This document shows positions 11,201-24,041 of a stretch of DNA of 64,000 nucleotides, in pieces. The stretch is from assembly GCF_009834535.1 (NCBI RefSeq), contig NC_045696.1, positions 92,816,001 to 92,880,000 of the forward strand, read 5' to 3'. Each line of letters opens with the position of its first letter. Position 1 is the first letter of the stretch. The DNA comes from Camelus ferus. Its lineage: Eukaryota. The notes under the pieces were generated by a model, which saw nothing but the letters and a program-made list of their open reading frames with translations, did no database searches and had not been told where the DNA came from. The position numbers and the translations under genes were made by a program.

Positions 11201-13545
11201 AGTGCTGTGGAAGACTGATTCAATAGCCAAAGATAGAGTCCTGGAGTCTCCTTGAGAAATTGGTTCAGGCAAATCAAGGCCATCAACTAGTCATTGAAGT
11301 TTTGACAAATGATCTGTTACTGTCTCTAATTACTTGTCAGCAAAACAAAAGCTGCCATGAGTGAGCTAGAGTTACTTGAGCTGTCTCTTTGAAGAAAGGT
11401 AAATGATAGTTTCTATCGATCTGTTTAAGGAGTAAGTCATGGTGGTAGATGTGTGTAACGTAAGGGTTTTGTCTAATCCAGTGACCGGGTTGCTTCTTGC
11501 TTTTCTTTAAAACCGATGGCAGTATTTTCTGTTTTTTTTTTCCCCAGGGAGGGTATGAAAAGATAAAACTTGAGAGAATATACAAGCAGGGGTCTGAGGC
11601 ACCCCCCTCTTGAATGTCAATACAAAATCAGTGGGGAGAGAAAAAAAGGGATGATGTAAAAGACAACTTTAAAGGACAGTTTTGTCACTTTCTTTTACAG
11701 TTTCTCTTTGCACAGTTCCCCCTCATGTCAAAGTTTGTCATTATTTGCCCTTTTTATTCTTCATTTTGAATGTCTGAAGTTACACCCAATGACTGTTTAA
11801 GGAAACAAGCAGTATTGATCTATATTATGTACGAAGTGAAATGTCTCTTTGTCTTTCTCACTTGTCAGAGAGAACTGTGCTTGGTATTTTGACATGTGGG
11901 TTTGCATCCTTCCAGGAGCGTGTGTTTGTGCACAGATACAGAAAAGGAGTCACATCAGTAGGGAAGGTTTCCTGGGGAATTGCATTTTTAAGTAATCAAT
12001 GAGAAGGACGGAAAATATAAATTGTGTTGGGCTATTCCCTAACCCACCTCTGCCTGTTGAGTGCCCCCCTCCCTCCAGTGTGAACGTGAGGTAGGACCTC
12101 GGCTATTATTTATTTAGCTACTATTACTTAGTTACTAAGCTGGACTTGGTAGCTAAATTCCTCTTATACCAGTGAGCATTCCCCTGAGGCTTTAAGATTA
12201 ATTTCAGTGATTTCATTCTTATTCTCTTTTCGTATTATTATTACTGTTTTTCTTTTTAACTAATTTCTTTTCTCAGCTTCTCATTGATGTTTTGAATAAT
12301 GGAAAGGTCAGGAAACCAACTAGGAAAATAAAAGAAAGCAGACATGGGGAGCTTAATTAATAGGAATATACAAATTTTGGTGGTGGAGGCGGGGCAGGAG
12401 GAGGGATCATGTTTCAAGTTCCTTATTTACCACTAAATTTTCATCTTATTTAAAATATTTAGTTGATCAGTCCTCCTCTTATTTGATCATGATGTGTAGT
12501 CCTTCTGAACTTGATTTCACATTCTCTCACTGTTTACTTAAATTTTTTCTGTCTCAAATTCATGCCTTTTTTCCCTGAAGAAGTGGTGGATGGAAGCAAG
12601 GTAGGCACAAAGGAACAAAGGAAGAATAAAGTGAATGAACAACAAAGCCATTCCATTCTCAGGCTTGCATTTCTTTCTTTTTCTACTCTGGGCACTCACT
12701 CTTGCTGGTTGTGATCTGTCCTCCACAACGTCTGACTTTTTATTTTTAGACTTCTTTGCCCCAGTTTTCTAATTTTCCTTTGTTGTTTCATAGAAATAAA
12801 ATCTAGAATGTATCTGATTTTTAAGCCACATGCAAGTCCAAGAAGATAAGACTCAGTGGTTGGTGTTACTCTGGCTCAGACATACATGAGCTGTAAGGTC
12901 TTGGAGCAGTTTCTTCCCCTTTGTGTTGGGTTAGGGGATCTTCCTACGATGCTTTCTGTGATTTTTCTCATTCTAAGCTCAGAGAATTGTCATTAAGAAC
13001 AAAAACAAAGCAATACAAACACTGGCAGGCTTGGCAGAAGCCCTGAAGATGGTGGAGAGCAGCAAACTGATGAAAGTTCTAAAGTTGTTGATAGTCAGCC
13101 ACAGTCTGCTAACACTGGTTACTCACATTCTCTTCCGATTCAGCGGGCGGATATGGCCCTTATTTGAAGAGAGTTCAGTTTTGGTCACTGCATTTTAAAA
13201 GGGTGGAAATTGGCATATGATAATGAGTAGTAACAGAATGGAAAGTGGATTCATTTAGGAACAGGTTAAGATTAAGAGACTGGACATAGTGTTTCTTGGT
13301 TGAACGATTCAGTTTGATAATTCTGTGGTTTCTGGCTACTTATCTTTTTCTATTTTTAAATGTCTTTATTGGCTGTGCTTGCTTAATGCCGTCGTTTTGT
13401 GCTCCTCCTTTATTCTTGTCTTCTGGACATAATTCATTCCAAGTTTACACTCATTTATTCAATACATTATTTATTTTCCTGTTCTTCTATTCATATTGCT
13501 GGGACCTTTCCCCATTCTCACATGCAACTTGTTCTCTTTTTCACT

Positions 13546-13790
13546 TTTTTAAATTAATTAATTAATTTTATTGAAGTATAGTCAGCTACATATGTCAGTT
13601 TCTGGTGTACATCATAATGCTTCAGTCATACAGATACACACATATATTCGTTTTCATATTTTTTTCATTATAGTTTATACAAGATATTGAATAGAGTTCC
13701 CTGTGCTATGCAGCAATTTGGTTTTTATCTATTTTATATACAGTAGTTAGTGTCTGCAAATCTCGAACTCCCAATTTATCCCTTCTCACC
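13546..13790 (-). mobile_element. LINE-1 3'UTR end (lineage-type)
   Basis: ttttattgaagtatagtcag...gttccctgtgctat...tgcaaatctcgaactcccaatttatccc, homologous to the other young L1 3' ends in the window. Confidence 0.88.
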
Positions 13791-14734
13791 CTGTTCTTCA
13801 CTTTATCATTTGTTTCTCTGTACCCCTCAAGGAGAGAAGAGGGACACTGGTGGCAGGAGGAGCACTGGAGTTTCTAATCCAGGAATTCTCCAGAGCTCTT
13901 TGGCACACTGGGGAGAATGTAGGATTTGGAATAAAATAGCAGCAAAAAGCAACCAAAAGCTCTAATAGCACCTTAGCTTTTTAGGTAATCACCTGGGTTC
14001 TCTGGCCCTTGTCTTCCTCATTTAAAAATACGAATTTTGTGCATTTTGAAGAGTTACGAGGATTAAAAGAGATGGTAGGTGTAACATGTCTTGCTCAGTG
14101 CTTGACTCCTAGACCTTCCTTTAATAGTGCATCCTTCCCCTACTAATACATGCCTGTGTTCCTCAGCCACACCTCCTCTGTGGCCCCTCCTTCTTTTCTC
14201 TGTGTTGACAATCTCTATCAGTTTTTATTTGTATTTTTCCTCTCATTCTTGTGTATTACCCTTTTACCTGGCTACTGTATAACAAAACCAAAAATAAATC
14301 AAGCATTGATAAAAGTGTGAAAGAAAAGCCTAAGGAAACAATAAGTTAAATTGTTAGTTGATTTTAGTTAGCAAAACAGCTTGTTTAGAAACAGATGACC
14401 CACTCAGTTCTGCTAGTCAGAGCTCACCCACAATACGCAGTATCATTTGAGAAATAGCCCCAGAGAAGAATTAATATTTGATCATTTTTTGCTGAGTTCT
14501 TTCCTGCTAGGTCTTTCAAATCCAAAAATTGCTCTGCTTCTAGCCACTTAGACTGGTTGTATAAGTTACGCGTACTGTCACCTTAAAGATAACTTGTAAA
14601 TGTTATGGATTTAGGATCTTCCACAGATGAGACACGAATTTTTTTTTTAAACAAGAGAACTAAGAATGTTTAACTGTATTTTCAAAAATTAAATGAGAGA
14701 TTTTTTCCCCCTAACCTGATTGGCAGATGCTTAA

Positions 14735-15280
14735 AAAACAATCCAGTGCCAGCAGAGGTATTGGAAAATGGGCACTTTTACACATGGTCAGTGGAACTCT
14801 GAATTCGTGCTTCTGGAGGGCAGTTTGACATTAGACAAACTCTTTGGCTCAGCAGCTTTGTTTCCAGAAACTACTCCTGTAAGAGTACTTGCACAGACAT
14901 ACATCAATCAATAGGAATGTTTGTCACAGTAATTTTTTTGTAATAGCAAGAAAAGAGGAGCAACCTAAACGTACACTGGGAGATAACTGATTTTCAAAAA
15001 AATAGCACATCTATATCGTGAGGACAATGCAGCTACTCACAATGATGTGAAGATCTATGTTAATATGATATGAAGATCCCCACGGTTATATTCAACGGAA
15101 AATATTATATTCCCATTTTTGTTAATGCCTAAATGTATGCACATAAAAAAGACAAGCTCAGAAGTTTATCCCTCTGAATTGTAACATGGTTATCTTTGAC
15201 TGTGGGTTTATGTATGATTTATTTGCTTCTTCATACATTTGTAATTAGCACATATTACATTAATAATCAGGAAAAAAAAA
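14735..15280 (+). mobile_element. Ancient L1 (L1ME-like) 3' end
   Basis: tgtaatagcaagaaaagaggagcaacctaaa and terminal aattagcacatattacattaataatcaggaaaaaaaaa. Confidence 0.7.
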
Positions 15281-15713
15281 CTGTTTAAGAAATAAGTTAT
15301 ATAAAGAACAGCCTTCTGCTAGCTCACAGCTCTGCTCTGATTCTGTCAGGAGTACCCTGCCACTCTGGAGATGGTCTCGCTGCCTCCAGCTTATTCTTCC
15401 TCTGTTGGGGGGAGCTCACAGGCGGTCTCTCATGTTTTGTCTTTGCTGTCCCTTGTTCTCGCCACGTCCTTTTTATTGAGTGTTGTATACAAATCCTTTC
15501 CCTCTGCTTTCTTTGCTGCCTCTCCTCCCACTGCTCTGATAGTTTACTATCTGATCATTTAGGATAACGTGTTCTTTCTTGAATGCACCCCTTGCTTATT
15601 CTGATATAGCTCCTGTCTGAAATATGCTCTTTTCTGTCTCTTCAACTTGGTAATCACAGCCTTTACATCTCTGCTGTAGCTGAATGCAAATAACTCTGGA
15701 TCCGGGCACAGCC

Positions 15714-16135
15714 TGTATTAGTTAAGGGAGTTGCTGTAAGAGGTAAAGCTCTGTATCTCAGTGGTTTCATGCAAGTTTCCTGCAGCTCTCACAGTCTAAT
15801 AATGTGGGTATTTCTGGTTGGGTGGCTTTCTTTCAGGTGGTGATTCAGGGGTTCAGCCTCCTTTAATCTTGTGGTTTTGCTGTTGTGAACATGTGACTTA
15901 CAAGATTACCCTAGGGGAGTCTCCTTTCCAGCCAACTGAAAAGGGTAGAGGAAATAGAGAATTCTGTATAGATTTTCATGAGGAAGTTTTAGGGAGTGAG
16001 GCCTAAATTCTACTGGCCAGAACCCAAGCACATGGTCAGACCTAACTGCAGAGGAGCCTGGAAAATGTAGAGTGGTGTGTGCCCTGGAGGGAGAGGAAAC
16101 TGCTTCTGGTGAACACATAGTAATCTCTGCTTGTT
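15714..16135 (-). mobile_element. ERVL-MaLR solo LTR (MLT1I/J/K/L-like)
   Basis: Starts tgtattagtt; cacatggtcagacctaactgcagaggagcctggaaaatgtag is the reverse complement of the MLT1 core. Confidence 0.8.
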
Positions 16136-16184
16136 ACCCAGAAGCTCAAATCCTACGTCCACTCCTGGTTGTGGGATGACTTAA

Positions 16185-16310
16185 AAGTTCTTTAATTTAT
16201 TTGAGCTTCAGTTTTCTCACTTACAGAATGATGATAATTACACCTACCCACTGCAAAGTGTTGGTATGAGGATTAAATTTGGAGTCATTATATATGAAAT
16301 AGCTTCATTG
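16185..16310 (+). mobile_element. MIR fragment
   Basis: gagcttcagttttctcacttacagaatgatgataattacacctacc...tgaggattaaat. Confidence 0.75.
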
Positions 16311-16392
16311 TTTATGAAATGTTACACAGATACAGGGGGGAAGCTTTCATTAACACAGTTCAGTATTGTTAAGTATAGTCACGTTATTGTGG

Positions 16393-16517
16393 TTTTGTTT
16401 TTTTTTTTTGGAGGGTGGAGGTAATTAGGTATTTATTTATTTGGAGATGCTGGGGATTGAACCCAGGACCTCATGCATGCTAAGCATGCACTCTACCTCT
16501 GAGCTATAATCTCTCCT
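16393..16517 (-). mobile_element. tRNA-Ala-derived SINE (camelid Vic-1 type)
   Basis: Minus strand reads tagctcagaggtagagtgcatgcttagcatgcatgaggtcctgggttcaatccccagc (A/B boxes, AGC anticodon), then aaataaata and A-tail; TSD tttcattaacacag 16345-16358 / 16518-16531. Confidence 0.85.
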
Positions 16518-16591
16518 TTTCATTAACACAGATAACACTGTTTTGCATTTTGAAAAAATGTACCTGACTTGTGGATTCGACAAGGAATTAG

Positions 16592-17085
16592 AAGACTACA
16601 TGCTGTGGGCCAAACCTGGCCAGCTGCCTGTTTTTGTAAATAAAGCTTTATTGGAACACAGCCATGTTCAATAGTTGATTTATTTTTTCTTTCTTTTCTT
16701 CCTTCCTTCCTTCCTTCCTTCCTTCCTTCCTTCCTTCCTTCCTTCCTTCATTTCTTCCTTCCTTCCTTCCTTCTTTCTTTCCTTCCTTCCTACCTATGTA
16801 TCTATCATATATTTTTATTGAAGTATAGTCAGTTTACAATGTGTCAGTTTCTGGTGTATAGCACAATACTTTAGTCATATAGGAACATACATGTGTTCAT
16901 TTTTTAAAAATATATTTTTATTGAACTGTAGTTAGTTTACGATGTTGTGTCAATAGTTGGCATCCTTTCTAAGGCTGCTTTTGCACTACATGCAAAGTTG
17001 AGTGGTGGCCACAGAGATTGTATGGCCCACAAAGCCTAAAATATTTGCTATGTGATTCTTTCCAGAAAATTTGCCGACTTTTGGA
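16592..17085. mobile_element. MER58A-like hAT-Charlie MITE, split by an L1 insertion
   Basis: ctgcctgtttttgtaaataaagctttattggaacacagcca ... tggcccacaaagcctaaaatatttgctat...tttgccgac. Confidence 0.85.
16678..16949 (-). mobile_element. Two tandem L1 3' termini plus (TTCC)n microsatellite
   Basis: tttttattgaagtatagtcagtttacaatg (~16812) and tttttattgaactgtagttagtttacgatg (~16915); flanked by tcaatagttg at 16668-16677 and 16950-16959. Confidence 0.82.
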
Positions 17086-19335
17086 CCAGACTGTGATTGT
17101 CTGAGGTCTTATTTGGTATTTCATACAGTGTTTAAGATGTTGCAGGGATGCTCAGGGAATCCTTATCAAGGGGCTGGAATCTCTTTTTAGAGCCCTGTAG
17201 TTCAGAAATTATGCAGCTGGAAGGCAATTTCAGGAGGAAGGACGCCTCTCCATCAGAGAGGATGAGCACCGTAGGTTCCTTGCCTTCTTTGAATAGACAA
17301 TATCCAAGATAATCAGGCACCCTGAGTGCAGGCCCAGCTGACTCCCCTCCACTGTGCTGCCCTTGCCAGGTTCTCTTCTGAACAGAAGCAAATGCCCCTT
17401 CTCATCATTATAATTGGCAGTCATCAAACTGTTCATGGTGCATCACTGTTCAACTCATGATGGTTGACAAATATTAAGTAAATGATTCTTGCAGGGAGTA
17501 AAAGGCAGAGTAAGTGACAGTTGGCTGAGGACTGCTTGCACTTTACAAGCGCACTGTCTCGTGTATGTTGACTTCTTCTTGTCACGTAGATTGCCTTTGC
17601 TAGTTTGAAGACATGAGAGCCTGAACAACAGTGGTGCAAACTTGATAATAACTCTTTTCTAATTATTGGCAAATTAAGAGTATGTATCAGCCAATCAGTA
17701 CAAATTCAACATTTAGCACCTGGAGAGTATTAAGCTAGATAATGGAGGGGAAGTTCCTCGGGCTAACCTTGATTGGCTGCCTAGTCACTGTTATGCATTG
17801 TGCGTGGTAGTAGGTGCCAAGGATGGTAGGATAACACAGCTTAGTGGGAGAAGATACAGAAGGAATTGGCAGATGCCTCCTTACCTTTGACACATAGGGA
17901 GAATTTTGCTGGGAGATAGTATTTTTATAGACGTTAATATCTGGAGCAGCAGTCTCTTCAGCTGGAATAATCAGGAGGTTGAATACTTTGGCTGGTTTAT
18001 GGAAAGTGAGGGAGAGAGGCAGAAGAGGAAAGAGGGAAAAAAGAAGTATAAGGTTTCATCAGTTAATGATAGAACTGGGTCAAGATTGACTTCTCTATGC
18101 TTAACCTTCACCAAATCTAACCAAAGGCACGTGTCTAAATTGATTAAATCACGTGTTATGAAAGAGGTGTTTTCACAGCTGTTTAGTACATAGATTTTTG
18201 TAGCTTTCTCTTTTTCATTTTGTTTTGAGCGGTGGTATTTTAGACTACAACCTTTGTAGAATTTAGCCATTGAAAATAGTAGGGCATGTTACTTACTCCT
18301 AAGAAATTTACAGAACCAAGGTAAAGTTTCATTTCACTTGGCACCCTAGAATCTACAACAGTGTCCCACATGGAGGTGGTGCTCAATAATTGTTTATTGA
18401 TAAAATATTGGGAGTTTTAATATCCCTTTTAATTATTGCCAAAAAAAAAAGGATAGAAGGAAAGGCAACATAGAAGGCAAGGACCAGTGAATGAATAATT
18501 CAGTGGGGCTGGGGATATTTCGTTGCAATGCATTGTCTGTTCTCCCTTGTCTCTTATTTTCTAGTCTCAGGCTTATGGTAAAAAAAGCAAATCCTGCTTT
18601 TAGATAATGGCAGTCATTCCTCGAATTATAGTGAACATGCCCTCTTAAGTGTTCAGAGCAGTACCTTCAAGGCCTTTGTTTGAACTGTACAGGTGGCGGG
18701 CCCCCAGCCAGGACATGCAGGATGACAGCTCCATCTTGGGTCAATTATTGGGCTTTCCTTATCGATTCTGCTGACTTACCAAGGGGACAGTACAGTTTTC
18801 CATGTGGCATTGTATTTGAAAGCCTCAGGCCGGTAGGGATTTGGGCTATACGGAGTGTTCTGCAGAGCACAGCAGACCTTTGGTATTTGGTAAATTTCAT
18901 ATGAAATTCAATTACCTATGAAGTCACCCTAGAGGAGCGACTCATCCTAAGGTACATAGCAAAAGGAAAATTGTCAGTTCATTTTCCAACAAGGGATTTC
19001 TTTTCAAAAAGAGCATGTTGATTTTCTTTTAATAATGTAAAATCCAAATGCACAAAAGATGAAGCAGAACTCACAAGAATGATATGGTTGGTTGATATGG
19101 GTAAATGGGTAGAGGAATTCTATTATGCTCCCCTCCCCACCACTCCACTCCTGTAGTAGTAGAAATAATTTAAGTAAAGTTCAGGTGCAGATATAGTTAG
19201 ATCACTTCTAATATTAGGACATTAGGATGGAGTATATGTTTTTAAGGGACGGAAACAGTACTGCTTTCCTTTGTAAGTCCCTGTGCTCTTTAGTAAAGTG
19301 CTGTGCACACAGCGGGTTTCCAAGAGCTGTTAACT

Positions 19336-19408
19336 TGTTTTTTCTTCCTTCCTTCCTTCCTTCCTTCCTTCCTTCCTTCCTTCCTTCCTTCCTTCCTTCC
19401 TTTCTTTT

Positions 19409-19499
<91 letters not shown>

Positions 19500-19966
19500 A
19501 ACAGTTTTAACTGAGTTATAGTCATTTTACAATGTTGTGTCAAATTCCAGTGTAAAGCACAATTTTTCAGTTATGATAAATATATGAACATGCATATATT
19601 TATTGTCACTTTTTTTCGCTGTGAGCTACCACAAGATCTTGTGTATATTTCCCTGTGCTATACAGTATAATCTTGTTTATCTATTCTATATATGCCTGTC
19701 AGTATCTACAAATTTTGAAATCCCAGTCTGTTCCTTCCCACCCCCTGCCCCCTTGGCAACCACAAGTTTGTATTCCATGTCTATGAGTCTGTTTCTGTTT
19801 TGTATTTATGTTCTTTTTTTTTTTTTTTTTAATTCCGCATATGAGTGATCTCATATGGTATTTTTCTTTCTCTTTCTGGCTTACTTCACTTAGAATGACA
19901 TTCTCCAGAAACATCCATGTTGCTGCAAATGGCGTTATGTTGTTGGTTTTTATGGCTGAATAGTAT
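19336..19966 (-). mobile_element. Young LINE-1 3' end with tail expanded into (TTCC)n(TTTC)n
   Basis: ORF2 C-terminal peptide [20 protein letters not shown] on -; 13-bp TSD agagctgttaact 19323-19335 / 19967-19979. Confidence 0.92.
19343..19499. repeat. Compound tetranucleotide microsatellite (TTCC)n(TTTC)n
   Basis: Seen directly; ~155-bp polypyrimidine tract. Confidence 0.97.
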
Positions 19967-20659
19967 AGAGCTGTTAACTACTGAAACGTTCTTACTGTGT
20001 AAGACCTACTGGAGCTGGCTGGAAATAGCCTTGGACTTGGTCTGCTGTTGCAATCCCAATTTCAAATGCCTTGAGCTTCTGCAGCATTCTTCAGAATTTC
20101 CGAATTTGCTCTGAGAGCCAGCTTAGAGAAGAGGCTGGTAAGAGCAGCTGTTAATGTCTGCAAAGAATACAGTTCCCCTAAAGATGATGTGCACAGGTGG
20201 CCACAGAGTTTGCACCAGTAGGAAAAGTCTTCGGTTGTGTTCAGTCTGTTAGGCACTGAAGACTGGCAGTGGGCAGTGCCTTTATAATCCAGGTGTAGAT
20301 GCCTTCTCAAAAGATCCTTTTACTCAAGATGTCTGGCTCCCCCATTCATGGTTATAGGTAATGAGTTTAGGGATAGAAATGTTTTCCATGTTAAGTAAGA
20401 GAAATCACATGATAGGCACTTGCTACATCAGTGTCAAACGAAGCAGAAGGCCCTTTCCTCTAATGACTGGCTGAGGTTGGAAGAAGATAAAGTGTGAGTG
20501 AACAATCTCACCCCGACAGATGATCAGGAGCCATAAAGGAATATTCTGCAGTTTTGAGTTAGGAAGGCTCCTTGGTTGTTGAGACATCACCGTTTACCCT
20601 GATGGACTGGGAACTTAACTGACCCGTGTCCTTCATAATCTTCAGCCCCATTGCTGCTT

Positions 20660-20933
<274 letters not shown>

Positions 20934-21535
20934 CCATTGCTGCTTGATGCTTCCAAGAAGCTGGGGAGACTTTGTTCCCAGTGACTGATGGATTGTGATG
21001 GGCTCTGCATCTCCAAATAGCAGTGATGGGGTAGCTAGGGAGACAGTGTGGGGTTTTGCCTTTGTGAGTGGGATACTGCTTCTTTGATGAGTAGAGTAGT
21101 TAGTTCTATGGTCTGCTGGGTAATGATGTTTTCTAAGTAAGATTAACTTCTTAATTACTTCTGAAGGTGAAGCTGTAATATCAAACTTTGATTGTTTTTG
21201 GCAGGCAGCCAGGGAAAAAAAGAGCACAATTAAATGTGTGACTCTTTCTTTTCAAATATGAAAGGCATACGTCTCAGTAGGATTATTTAATCATTGGATT
21301 AAAGGCTGAAGTAGCTGCATAAAAGATGAATAGAGGTTAACTATAGAAACAAACTTCTTTAAAGCAAATTTTATTTTTTAAGGACTATTCTTTACTACAT
21401 GATTTTTTTTTTTTGGTACTCTACTAATGAAGCTCAAGAAGTAAATAATGAGAAATGATTGTGAACATCTTAGCTTTTCCTCAAAAGTATAGTTTCAGAT
21501 TTTATAATTCAATAAGTATTTTTGAAATAATATAT

Positions 21536-21850
21536 TGTAGGTGAGGAAAAATTCTATCTTCTACTACCCTCCTAGGTTCTCTGACAGAGGGCCTTGTCAA
21601 TTGGACTGACAAAAGATGGAACAACAAGAAAAAAGCATACACAAGTATTTAATATAAGTTTTGCATGGCACAGGAGCCCTCATAAGGAAGTGAAGACTTG
21701 AAGAAACAGTGAAGCCTGAGTGTTTCTATACTAGGCTTGATGAAAAGTGGAAAACCATGTTAGATCGAAAGGATACGGTCTCAGGGTAGTAAACTTGGAG
21801 AAATGTGGCAAGGCCTGTGTGTTTGGATTCCTCTTGGCATCCCTCTGTCT
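21536..21850 (-). mobile_element. ERV1 LTR (MER39/MER34-like), 3' part
   Basis: Reverse complement contains gtcttcacttccttatgagggctcctgtgccatgcaaaacttatattaaat and ends cctcacctaca. Confidence 0.75.
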
Positions 21851-23630
21851 AATCCCCTGCTAACCACACTCCACTCTGTTTCTGTGAGTTCAGCTTTTAT
21901 AGATTCCTCAGGTAAATGCTGTCATACAGTATTTGTCTTCCTCTGGCTGACTTACTTCACTTAGCATAATACCCTCAAGGCTTATTTATGTCTTTGCAAA
22001 GCGCAGGATTTCCTTTCTCATGTCTGAATAATAATCCATTGGATATGTATACCGTGTCTTTATCCATTCACCCATGGATGGACACTTAGGTGGTTTCCAT
22101 GTCTTGGCTATTGTGAATGATGCTGCAGTGAACAGGGAAGTGCTGATACTTGTTTGAAACCCTGCTTTTATTTCCTTTGGATATATACCCAGAAGAGGGA
22201 TTGCTGGATCATATGGTAAGTCTATTTTAGTTTTTTGAGGAACCTCCATACTTTTCTCCACAGTGGCTGCACCAATTTACATTCCCACCAACAGTGTAGG
22301 AGGGTTCCCTTTTCTCCTCACCCTCTCCAGCATTTATTATTTGTAGACTTTTGAATGATGGCCATTCTGACTGGTGTGAGGTGATACCTCATTGTAGTTT
22401 TGACTTGCATTTCTCTAATAAATAGTGACATTGAGCATCTTTTCATGTGCCTGTTGGCCATCTGCATGTATTTAGGTCTTCTGCCCATTTTTTGATTGGG
22501 CTTTTTTTTTTTTTATATTAAACTGTATGAGCTGTTGGTACATTTTGGAAATTAGTCCCTTGTTGGTCGTGTTATTTTCTTATTCTATAGGTTGTCTTTT
22601 TGTTTTGTTTATGGTTTCCTTTGCTGTGCAAAAGCTTTTAAGTTTAATTAGGTCCCATTTGTTTATTTTTGCTTTTATTTCCATTACTCTAGGAGCTGGT
22701 TGAAAAAAAATTATTGCTGCAATTTATGTCAAAGGCGCTTCTGCCTATTTTTTCCTCTAGAAGTTATATCGTATTGGGTCTTCAACACTTAGGTCTTTAA
22801 TCCATTTTGAGTTTGTTTTTTGTGTAGGGTGCTAGAGAATGTTCTAATTTCATTCTTTTGCATATAGCCGTCCAGTTTTCCTAGCACCACTTATTGAAGA
22901 GATTGTCTTTTCTCCATTGTCAATTCTTGCTTCCTTTGTCATGGATTAATTGACCATAAGTGTGTGAGTGTATTTCTGGGATGATAGCCTTTTAAATAGG
23001 TGTCAGGCAGCATCTCACTGTGATTTGATTTGCATTTCCGTGAAGATTATTGATGTTGAGCACCTTTTCATGTACCTGTTGGCCATTTGTATGTCTTTGG
23101 AAAAATGTCTATTCAGTTCCTTTGCCCATTTTTTAATCAGATTTTTTTTTTTTTTTTTTTGGTGACTGTTGTGTTAAGCTTTATGTATTTTGGAGTTTAA
23201 CTCCTTATCAAAGCCTGCCCACTTGTACTATTCCTATTCAGAACAATACTGTAAGTCCTAGCCAGAGCAATCAAACCAGAAATAAAAGGCACCAAATCAG
23301 AAAGGAAATGATCTTGTATTTTTCAATTGCTTTTTCTCCATCTACTGAAATGATCATGTGATTTTTATCTGTCATTCTATTAATGTGGTGTATTACATTT
23401 ATTTGTGTGTATTGAACTATCCAGGCATCACAGGGAGAAGTCCCTCTTGATTGTGGTGTTTGATCCTTTTAATGTGCTGTTGAATTTGCTTTCCTAATAT
23501 TCTGTTGAGAGTTTTTGCATCTATGTTTATTAGGGATATTAGTCTATAGTTTTATTTTCTTATAGTGTCCTTATCTAGCTTTAATATCAGGGTAATATTG
23601 GTCTTTTAAAATGAATTTGGCAATGTTTCC
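21851..23630 (-). mobile_element. Mosaic of L1 fragments of different ages (older L1MA-like plus younger lineage-type; one short plus-strand piece ~23212-23310)
   Basis: ORF2 peptide [16 protein letters not shown] on -; the ORF2 segment around gatttgcatttc...ttggccat occurs twice (~22360-22550 and ~22985-23210). Confidence 0.85.
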
Positions 23631-24041
23631 TAAGAAGGACTTTCTGACCTTCCCCTGAAGCAGGTCGTAAAATCCTTATGTAAGAGGTGCCCTTATAACA
23701 AAAGGAAAAGACTTTCTTCATTTCTGAAGACAAAGGGGCACAGAAAGGAATCTGAACAAACAAGCCTTCCTAGGTTTCCCCCAATTAAATGCACTTACCT
23801 CATACTCTTTGTCCTATCATTTTAGTCCATGACTTTCCACTCTTCATCAAACCTAACATTAAAAACATCAGGTTTAACCATTTCTTTGGGTCTTCATTTC
23901 CTTATGAAGGCTTCTGTGTCATGGAAAAGTAATATTAAGTGAATTTGTATGTTTTTCTCTTGTTAATCTGCCTTTTTGTTACTGACTTCCCAGTTGAGAA
24001 TTTACAAGGGTAGAGAAAAAGATATTTTTTTCTTACCTAAA
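23631..24041 (+). mobile_element. ERV1 LTR (MER39-like), 5'-truncated
   Basis: aggaatctgaacaaacaagcctt...tttctttgggtcttcatttcc...tttgtatgtttttctcttgttaatctg match the recalled MER39 consensus. Confidence 0.78.

Noticed and set aside
16440..16517. tRNA-Ala(AGC) gene (also at 50640-50717)
   Set aside because: Followed by SINE body and A-tail and flanked by TSDs, with a degenerate acceptor stem; a SINE rather than a functional tRNA
17255..17280. gat gag cac cgt (DEHR) as part of the next PLCH1 exon (YLDEHRTRL)
   Set aside because: Flanking codons read REDEHRRF and do not match; chance 4-residue hit
19214..19543. 109-aa KKER/KEGR-rich ORF and its Phe/Leu/Ser-rich antisense ORFs
   Set aside because: Translation of the (TTCC)n(TTTC)n microsatellite
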